A stretch of DNA of 56,126 nucleotides, the filler included, from Asterionella formosa (taxonomy: Eukaryota), in NCBI GenBank assembly GCA_002256025.1. It is 5 parts of 5 records of this genome, joined end to end, with 100 filler letters (N's around TTAATTAATTAA, not from the genome) between each part and the next. Parts side by side here need not be neighbours in the genome. Positions count along the whole stretch, not along the records: positions 44,997 to 56,126 come from NKIB01008816.1; 4 more parts are not named here. One strand, 5' to 3'. Of the stretch, positions 47,733 through 56,126 are shown piece after piece. Below the pieces are notes generated by a model. The model saw nothing but the letters and a program-made list of their open reading frames with translations. It did not search any database and had not been told where the DNA came from. Each line of letters opens with the position of its first letter. Position 1 is the stretch's first letter. The position numbers and the translations under genes are program-made.

Positions 47733-49017
47733 ATGAATCATGCCATCGCCATTTGATTTACTTGATGATAGTAGCAGTGATCTTGATTTCTTCTGGCTCT
47801 GTCATTTAGCTAAGGAAGCAGAGGAAAAAGAATACTCATCCAAACGACGAAGGCGACGCTGTAAACGGCAGCTTCACTCATCCGAACGACGATGACAACG
47901 AAGGCACAAGTGGCACCACGAAAGAATCTCCTGGCAATCACATCATGTCGAGAAACTCAATCACGAGACTGCTTTCGAGAAGACACACAGAATGTCACAC
48001 AGAGCATTCAAAAAGCTCACCTCCATGCTGGAAATTCAGATTGCAGGGAATTATTCCAAATGTGGCACTTCTGAGCCCATAATTCCCGAAATTGTGGTAG
48101 CCATTGGTTTGCAATGGTTGGCTGGTGGCAGTTACATCGACAGTCTTCATGCCTACGGTTGTAGCATTGCTTCACTTTATCGATGTCGTGATTTTTTCAT
48201 TGATGTTGTACTGAACTGTGAAGAACTCGAAATCAATTTTTCCGGAAGAAAAAGAAGAATTTCTTCAAATTGGCTTCCAGCTTTGAATGCAAAAGCTCCG
48301 AGGGCATGATGACAGGATGTGTTGGTGCTATTGACGGCCGGCTTCCTAGCCACCATCAACCACCGGACTTTAGTTGAATGTGGCAACAACCCTGGTTCAT
48401 TTTTTTCGGTCACTACATGACTTATGAAATCAATGTTCAGGCTGTTTGTGATGCTGACTCAAGATTTATTTATTTTGGTGTGATTGCACCGGGAAAATGC
48501 AGTGACCAAGAAGTAGCTTTTGAACGAACTTCCATTTTCGATCGAGTTGCAACATTCAATACAGGTTTTTATCTGGTCGGCGATGCAGCATACACATTGT
48601 CTGATCTAATGCTTGTTCCCTTTGTTGGTTCACAACGTGATGATCCAACACAGGATACTTTTAACTTTTTCCTTTCACAGCTGAGGATAAGAATAGAAAT
48701 GGCATTTGGTCTTCTTCAGACAAAATGGTTCTGCTTGGAAACATCTGCACGCATTCTTGATTCATGTGCTCGACTTCATAACTATGTGACTAATGAGAAG
48801 ATAATTGATAACGAGATTATGGATGATAATCAAAAAAATTACAGAGATAATTCCAGTCAGTCTGTCACCCCTTGGTTGGGGCTACTTACCTACTTTAGAA
48901 CCATTGTGTAGATGCGAGATGTGATTCTTACCAGATTGCAAACCTTGGGCTTGCAACAACCTCCTGTGAATATAGAGAGGAAAAGGAAAGAATTACATAA
49001 AATATATTTAATGTAGC
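47733..49017 (+). mobile_element. PIF/Harbinger (DDE_Tnp_4, HARBI1-like) transposase, frameshifted
   Basis: Motifs LQWLAGGSYID, GCVGAIDG (~48315-48338), INVQAVCDADSRF, YLVGDAAY, FNFFLSQLRIRIEMAFGLL and CARLHNY, spread over several frames. Confidence 0.92.
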
Positions 49018-49029
49018 TAGACAAATATA

Positions 49030-50936
49030 TAATATATTCATTAGTTGGATTTAATCTGATGTTTCACCTTCTGAAAGCAGATGAGAAAAGTAATCCCGCT
49101 TTCTCTTGCATATCTTGATTTCTAATTGAGCCTGAACTGCATCAGAATTTTCGGAGTCATACTACCCATGATTTTCCAACTCTTCAAAATCCTTCCGAGC
49201 CTTCTTTAGACGACATTTATAGAGATCCAGAAAATCTAGGATCTCTTTGTCGCGTCTTGTTGGCGCTGCTGAACACTGAAGCACTTGAAGTTTCACTGCA
49301 TTTACTCGTTCAAAACACTCTAAGAATGCATTTGCCATTTGTACCATAGAAGAGGAATGATGGGAATGATTGGATGAAGTAGATGAGCATTTTCCTTTCT
49401 TTGAGCCAACAGTCTTCGATGATAAGGATGAAGATTTAGCACTATCAGTAATTTCCCGGAATGATGATTTTGGAAGCAATGGAACAGCAAAATTGAGAAG
49501 GTGAGGAACTTGGCACAACCATAAATGGTAGTAATAAATATAAGGTCGGCTTCCAACAAAATTAACAAAGTCATCATGACTTCCTGACTTTTTGTTGTTC
49601 CTGTATGCAATTTGGTAATGATAGTTAATGTACCCCATTGCCATAAAAAATTCGACAGAGGACAGAGCATCATACATCTTTGGGTAACAACTGTCTATCC
49701 CCATTTGTTCCCAATATGGATTTTGTGAAAGGTAAGATTATTGCTGTCAACATTTTCATCATCAAGGAATGTAGTTATGAGTCTATCGAAAATTTATTTG
49801 TGCCTCAATTTCCTTGTATCCAGTTCAGCCATAGTTGGAGGCTGACCAAGCATCAACACATCACTTCTGTGTTGCTCACACAAGTACACATTGATGACAC
49901 GAAAATATGTGTTAGCACAAGTGACACTGCTTGGAGGAGTTAATTTTGCTACTGTAGCCTATTATGTTGCCTTCTTTGCAACACCAGGAGGAGGAAGAGG
50001 CAATAATTTGTCATTGTCATCACTGCTATTTTGCGAATTAAAAACATAGTCAGGGTCTTTGTCTACTTCATCTTGCTTCTCTTTCTGTGAACAATCAGAG
50101 TCCATATCAACATTGCCACGACTCTTTTCTTCATCTTCAATAATAGATTCATTATTATTGCTGTTGTTATTGTGGATGCCAATCACTTCATTAGAAGTGA
50201 TCATAGTAGAAGGGGGGTATAGTTGACCAACCAGCCAGTCTCTTTTCAGTAGACAAATAATTAAGGAAATAGTGAAGTCCTTCTTGCCATTCCTTTACCC
50301 TGACACTTTAAATCTCACGCAAATTTTTCGAAGTACCTTGACAGATATATGTTTTCTGTCGATTCCTTTTATATGGATCAATCCCAGCCCACTTTCATCC
50401 AGAACAAAGTCATCTGGTTCTATGAGCGAGTTGACGAACTCATCAATATTGGCTAGACAACCATGAAAGAGTTTCCTCTTTTCAGGGGGACCCATCTCAT
50501 CAATGTCAAGAAGTGTACCAGCAGTTGCAGGTATTTTATTTTCAGATGGATCCATCTCGTCAATGTCAAGAAGTGTACCAGCAGTTGCAGGTATTTTATT
50601 TTCAGATGGATCTATCTCGTCAATGTCAAGAAGTGTAGCAGCAGTTGCAGGTATTTTATTTCCAGATGGATCCATCTCGTCAATGTCAAGAAGTGTACCA
50701 GCAGTTGCAGGTATTTATTTTCAGATGGATCCATCTCGTCAACGTCAAGTGTACCAGCAGTTGGAGGTATTTTTTTCAGGTAGACCCATCTTGTCAATGT
50801 CGGTTGGACCAGCAGTAGAAGACTCAACAATATCTTCGACGTCCTCGTCATCAGCTACAAGGCATTGATTCTTTTCCGAAATGGGAATATCGGCAGCATC
50901 AGAAGTTTCAGCTGTATCCACTACTTTGCTGCTCAT
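49030..50936 (-). mobile_element. Convergent second ORF of the Harbinger element (accessory/DNA-binding protein), degenerate
   Basis: Minus ORFs 50745..50936, 50295..50675, 49962..50204 and 49162..49704 (KSGSHDDFVNFVGSRPYIYYYHLWL) lie tail-to-tail with the transposase, the usual two-ORF PIF/Harbinger layout. Confidence 0.65.
50492..50800. repeat. 60-bp coding minisatellite (DEMDPSENKIPATAGTLLDI)n
   Basis: Near-identical units start at 50492, 50552, 50612 and 50672, with degenerate units at ~50731 and ~50786. A 1-nt deletion near 50715 shifts the frame. Confidence 0.95.
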
Positions 50937-51134
50937 TGCGCCAATTAATCGAGATATAGTCGATGTTGGAAGACAGTTATAGAGATGAGCAGACTACTGA
51001 TTCTTGTTTGACTGATGAAGCTGAAAGGTAGTGTATACAGAGTACTGTATGATATATATAACAAAAATAGTTGGCGCAATATTTAATAGTGTTGTGCTTG
51101 CGTATTTACAGTTATTTTATCAGTGCCAATGGAC

Positions 51135-51306
51135 CTGATACACAGCTATCAACAGCTGTATCACTGATACAGCATAGGTCAGGGGTCCAAAAACTGTATC
51201 AGTGATACACCCATGATACACCGGTGATCGGACCAAAAAACCCGTTGGTGATACACAAAAAAACCCAAACCGCCATTTTTGTATCATATTTCGGTGATGA
51301 TACACC
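51135..51306. repeat. Cluster of nine TGATACA/TGTATCA motifs in both orientations (candidate transposase binding sites)
   Basis: Motifs at ~51135, 51157, 51164, 51195, 51202, 51214, 51249, 51280 and 51298, just outside Harbinger ORF2. Confidence 0.7.
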
Positions 51307-51866
51307 AATGACGACAAATAACAGAATGATAAGAATGGCCCTGACGTAGAATTCCCGCAAACTTGTTTGAGTTTCAGGACTTTGAGTTTTACCCTAAGTA
51401 TTTTCAGTCGAATCGAGCTCCAGCAAAAACGTTTCAAAAAGACCACAAATGGAAGATACCGGTTTATGAGGCTTATTTCCTTAAGTACTGGATAGGCTGG
51501 GTGAATATCTCAATATATACCGGTACTATGTCCAAATCGTCGCATCATCATTTTTGCAAAATTTAATCTTGGATAAAGATAGCTAATTCTTTAGCTTCAG
51601 CACAATTACAACAAGCAACTTCCAGATAATTTGGAATACGCACAAGGTGTACCAGGGTACTTCGTAGGTACACTTCAGTAGTAAAAAGCCACTTCTAGTA
51701 GGTACTGCATAACCATGTCAATGGATGGCTCTCGTTCGTCCTAGGATCATGCTGCATGATGCCACCGGCCATCGAAACTAAGGAAAAATTGCTCATTCGA
51801 GGACCCTATTGCATTGAATAGTGTGAGAGTCAAGCGTTTTGCTATTTTCAAAAGAAACCTTTCACC

Positions 51867-52418
51867 ATGACTGACGAAGAAGCTGTCGATACCCCTGTTG
51901 TTGAGGAAAATGTTGTTGTGGAAGAGGAAGTCGAGATGAGCGTTCTAGATGCTCTCAAGGAGGTGAGCTAGCTGGAGCCTCAGTCGAGGTGGTCCCTCTA
52001 CCACTTACTCGTTGGTCACTAATTCTGGCATATCGCAATTCAATCTTTTCCTCCATCTCTATAGGTCCTCAAGAAAGCTCTCATTCATGACGGTCTCAAA
52101 AAGGGGCTCCATGAATGCGCCAAGGCTCTTGACCGTCGCTCCGCTCGCCTCTGCTGTCTCGCCAAGGACTGTGAAAACGAGGAATACAAGAAGCTTATCC
52201 GCGCTCTTTGTTCCGAGGGAGAAGTCCATGTTGTCATGGTCGATTTTGGAAAGGAACTTGGGGCATGGTGCGGACTCGCTAAGCTCGATGATGATGGTGG
52301 TGTCAAGAAGGCTGTACGCACTTCCTGCGCAGTCATTACCGATTTCGGTGAGGAGACCCGTGCCCTTACCATCCTTCTTGACTACCTCCAGAAGCAAGCT
52401 GATGGTGCTGAGCTCTAA
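51867..52418 (+). CDS. RPS12: 40S ribosomal protein S12 (eS12), 149 aa
   Basis: Exons 51867-51962 and 52065-52418. Spliced peptide: [27 protein letters not shown]...LGAWCGLAKLDDDG..KKAVRTSCAVITDFGEE. The ORF track missed it because of the intron. Confidence 0.97.
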
Positions 52419-52830
52419 TCTCTTAATTTAACTATTCCTAGAACACGGATTGGTATTTCTGTCGTTTTTTCAGACTGTTGCGAAAACGAGCCATTGATAA
52501 TATGTTGAATGGACTTGACTCAATGTTGAGAAGGGGACTCAGTTGGGGTAGGTACCGGTAGGCCCTTTTCTTTACGGGTGATTGTTTCTCCGGACCGGCT
52601 TCTGTGACAAGTCAAGGGAGCGGAGCAGTGGCAATCTCGTAGAGGCGATCTATAGGTAGTTGGGATGGTATGCTATCCATTCGAATACGATAATCTCGCT
52701 CAAAGAGTAGTTACCAGCCCAAGACATATAGCCGCAAATGCTCGTGGCGCCTAATCCAACTCTACTCTTTCGAAAAATTCTGGTCTTCAAGTGTTGAGCG
52801 ACGATAACATTAGCTTACTTCCGAGACTTC

Positions 52831-53700
52831 CTAAGGTTGAGACAGTAGAGATGAGCCCAACAACGACACCCCGTTCGTTTGCTTCGCAGCATCAAAGTTC
52901 CCATATAACATGACTCTAAAGCCGAACCTATTCAACTCAGCTTTCATTTGCGGATCGAAATCTAGCACAAACTCAACTCGACGAGCTAGTTGACGAACCA
53001 ACGCTACGCGGCCCGTGACAGACTCCGCAGCAATGATGCGATGGTCTGCGAGCACCTGATTGGGGACATCAACCATGTTTTCACCTCTCAAATTCGAGAT
53101 CAATCCCTTTATTTCAACATCGGTCGTTGTGGAGGGAACGAGAATCACCAGCAATAAATTAAAATATGTAGCGAGTAAGAAGATGACCCTCCGTGCTTTG
53201 TCACATGCTACATCCTTGTCAATGATTGTTATGACAACAGTTGTTCCCCTTGGTGGAGGAAGCGCAGGAGACTTTTCCAGAGCCAATATTTTCGATAGCA
53301 GTTTGGCTCGATCCTTTCGATTTTTTGCTAACATATCAGGGTCATGTTGAGAAGCTTCATATGTTGATGCCTGAATGTTTCGGAAGGGGATCAAACCTTC
53401 GACCAAAATATCAAGCGTTTTTCCTGTTGCTTGCATATGCGGTGGACGTCGAGTCATTAACAAACTTACCTCTTCCGATTCCTGTCGGGAAGCAACTCTG
53501 TTAGTTACTCTTGGTGCAGGTCGAGCTGTCGTCGCCGCTGGTCGATGCACGACTTCATGTTGAGGTGTCGGTTGATCTGAGGCGAAAATCGGTTTCAGAA
53601 CTAACGTGTAAACTACCAAGGATATTACGGCGAAGACCACTAAAGTCATCCAGGCGGAAGCATCTAGTGATGGGACATTGTCTTCGGGTACTGTGGGCAT
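52831..53700 (-). CDS. Peroxisome biogenesis protein PEX22-like, 289 aa
   Basis: N-terminal transmembrane helix. C-terminal HRIIAAESVTGRVALVRQL...VLDFDPQMKAELNRF resembles plant PEX22 HKVLFCST.TGR.SFVRQL...D....QL.RF. Confidence 0.65.
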   Translation of the reverse strand: MPTVPEDNVPSLDASAWMTLVVFAVISLVVYTLVLKPIFASDQPTPQHEVVHRPAATTARPAPRVTNRVASRQESEEVSLLMTRRPPHMQATGKTLDILVEGLIPFRNIQASTYEASQHDPDMLAKNRKDRAKLLSKILALEKSPALPPPRGTTVVITIIDKDVACDKARRVIFLLATYFNLLLVILVPSTTTDVEIKGLISNLRGENMVDVPNQVLADHRIIAAESVTGRVALVRQLARRVEFVLDFDPQMKAELNRFGFRVMLYGNFDAAKQTNGVSLLGSSLLSQP

Positions 53701-54211
53701 GATAAATCAGTATTTGCTTTGGATTGTGGGTTGGTCAATGGTGTGCAGCCGTTCCATCAAGAATCATCGACTGTATTGCTTTTTCTTGTGCAGCCGTGTA
53801 CAGATAGGATACACATCATACTCATCAAAGGAAACCTGTGAGGGCAATTTTATTACCGGTATACTAAATGCCAGTGGATTTTGATGTCTAGGTACAAGCA
53901 AATGCATGCAACAATGCCCATACCATACTATGCTACCAGGAGTACTAGGTACCAGGTACCGGTATGCATAGATGCATAGTGAAAATTTTCTAGTTTTCCG
54001 GGTTTGTTATTTAATCTAAAACTTGTCCTAGTACAGTACCTGTAGTTGTTTCCCTGCGCGCGATTTTTGACGAGGCCAGTCAATTTCGTACAGGATTGCA
54101 TAGTACGAACATACTGTGCAATGTAGATGATGATTCATCGAAGACATATGATGACTTGAATGACAAATGAAGATTTTATCACAAACATTCGTTCCTCTCG
54201 ACATGGCTGCT

Positions 54212-55800
54212 TTGTCGTTGTTGCAAGAATCAGCAGAGCGAGGACTGGAGAGGATGATGAGCCAAACCACATTACTTTCACTGGTACATTATCCTACCAA
54301 GAAATTTAAATAAAAGAACCTAAAAGAAACAATACATATAATAATTAAATTTCCATAGTCAAAAGGGTTACTATTTAAATTACAAAGGCATTTATCAAAA
54401 TTATTAGATGATATAACGAAAAATTATGATCAGATGATCACAATCCTATGATGCATCATGGAAATATGATAGTTTTTATTTGGAGACGATTGCAGGTGCT
54501 GTAAAACAGAAAATCAATCAAATGTACTTTTTCTGGTCCCAAAAGAGAATCAAACATCCCGCCCTATCTTGTCCAAGTAGTATGAAAGGCATTTCCAATC
54601 ACAAACAGGATTGGTTTGCCGAATGTTTTCTAACTCGGCTATACACAGTGAAACCAGAGTTAGGCAAAGAAGTGGAGAGTGACCCAGAGCTTGCCGATTT
54701 CATATGGAATGGTTCTGATGCACTACTTCCAATGAATCAGACCATTGAACGTACCCACAAGGCACGGTGTGATTACATCAAATCAACATTTGGTGGCTTT
54801 TATGTCTTGCAGGGAGATGCTCCAAAAGCATGATGTTTTGAGTCGGTGATTACATTCTTATCAAATATGTTTCAATTTAAAAATGCTAACAAAATTCATG
54901 ACACACCAGCCAGCTGGTCTAACAGAATATAGCTAACTTCCAGCCTATGGATATTGATGACTTTATTAGGTGGGCGTTGACGCTTAATCGTTTTGCGCAG
55001 TCAAAGGACATTGACAGGGGAAGCCATGATGGATGCCAAGTCTGGCGTGATGTTCTTGCTCCGGTGTATTTTATAGGCAGGACAAGCCGTGGAGAACCAT
55101 TTTTAACAGGAGACAAATCTGGTTTGACCAAATTTCAACTCAGTCTTCGGGCACAGTGTGAATTGCAAACACGTTTTGTTGGTTCGCTGATCAATGCCAG
55201 TACAAAAGCATTTTGCTTCTTGGTGCTGAAAGGAAAATTCCGATTGCAACAAAGGCAGTTTGCCTTGGCACGAAAAATTGTTTTTGTAAGTGATTCATTA
55301 CATACAGAAAACAAACAAAAGAAGATGAGTAGAGAAAATACCATCAATGTAAATGAGGGTATTTCAACAGAAATTGATTTCGAAGGAATGATTCCGGATG
55401 CAATGATGTTGCCTAGTAGGTCGCCTGAAAATTTGGGAATATCGCCTACCAAAATCCATTCACCAGCCCTTCCTGTTTAAGTTCAATTTTCTGCTTCATC
55501 ATCAAATGGTCTATGGACTATAGCAGGTGTCCCTAATAAGATTGGGCATGTATCACGGAGTAAGGATGCACCCTTGTCTCAATTGGTTCATCCTGATTTA
55601 CCGAAGGGGGCCAACTACGCCGTAAAGAGCATTGCGAATTCAGCAATAGAAATAGCAAGAATCAAAAGTCTTGAAGATGGGATTGGCCTGTTTCCATTTT
55701 AAGGATTGACTTTAATTATCATGTTAAACTTGAAAGTAACGTTCCCGGCCAAACTACTATTTTCAGATGCCATCCGAAATGGAATAATGATTCAAAGGCA
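54212..55800 (+). pseudogene. Decayed gene of unknown family in a repeat element related to 14600-14871
   Basis: Shared exon/intron block 54212-54488, then collinear plus-strand ORFs 54480..54833 and 54947..55480 and a further open stretch to ~55700, separated by stops and frameshifts. Confidence 0.45.
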
Positions 55801-55866
55801 GGAATCTCTGGTCGTGAATGGTTTGACTGGGTCGAAGTGAACTGCATCTAAGACGCGAAATACGCC

Positions 55867-56126
55867 ACTTTTCGAAATTTCGTCTACGTATGAGTGTTAA
55901 TTATGTGGTACTTCACATGCATTAATGCCACTCTTCACGTAAAAAAGATTACTTTTAACGGTTTCATGTGAAGTTTTAACTGTTTCATGTGAAGTTTTAA
56001 CAATGAATTTTGAACGCGAGACTGAATTAGTTGATGTTTCAAATAATTCATTTGACTTTTCGAAATTTCGTTTACGTACGAGTGTTAATTATGTGGTACT
56101 TCACATGCATTAATGCCACTCTTCAC
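55867..56126. repeat. Tandem repeat with 188-bp period at the scaffold end, containing a 20-bp internal duplication
   Basis: 55867-55938 recurs at 56055-56126; GTTTCATGTGAAGTTTTAAC occurs twice at ~55961-56001. Confidence 0.9.

Noticed and set aside
51963..52064. snoRNA in the RPS12 intron
   Set aside because: Only a small hairpin in 102 nt, with no box C/D or H/ACA pair.
52528..52770. Possible ncRNA between RPS12 and the PEX22-like gene (two loose hairpins)
   Set aside because: No convincing H/ACA, C/D or RNase MRP consensus boxes; compatible with overlapping 3' UTRs.
55640..55700. SET-domain start (IEIARIKSLEDGIGLF)
   Set aside because: A single weak motif, with no downstream NHS or ELxxDY motifs visible.

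Overview
Eukaryotic DNA, very probably from a diatom. Support: a bipartite signal-peptide/ASAF-type plastid presequence, CoDi-type Copia and RNase H-bearing LINE relics, a diatom-type cyclic nucleotide phosphodiesterase relic, and short GT-AG introns. The window is not one locus. It is five scaffolds sorted by length (1-11156, 11257-22412, 22513-33657, 33758-44896, 44997-56126; 11156/11156/11145/11139/11130 bp), joined by 100-nt N44-TTAATTAATTAA-N44 linkers, so adjacency across linkers means nothing. Intact genes: COPG, a TRIC-like channel, PWP2/UTP1, DLST, mitochondrial pyruvate carboxylase, a COX7A-like protein, RPS12, a PEX22-like protein, an LRR-Zn-ARM repeat protein and three lineage-specific proteins. 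The rest is mostly decayed transposons and pseudogenes. The best-supported unannotated feature is a U14 box C/D snoRNA inside the PWP2 intron. It has a CCGA box D and a domain A variant that appears to co-vary with diatom 18S rRNA. More speculative highlights: a conserved structured LINE 3' tail in three copies; a 3.9-kb inverted-repeat-bounded segment with a Ulp1-like protease and a 63/52-nt modular tandem array; a possibly Helentron-captured LRR-ARM/USP chimera; and pervasive TA-CC(W)GG-TA motifs resembling transposon excision footprints. All family calls come from motif recognition by eye, with no database searches.
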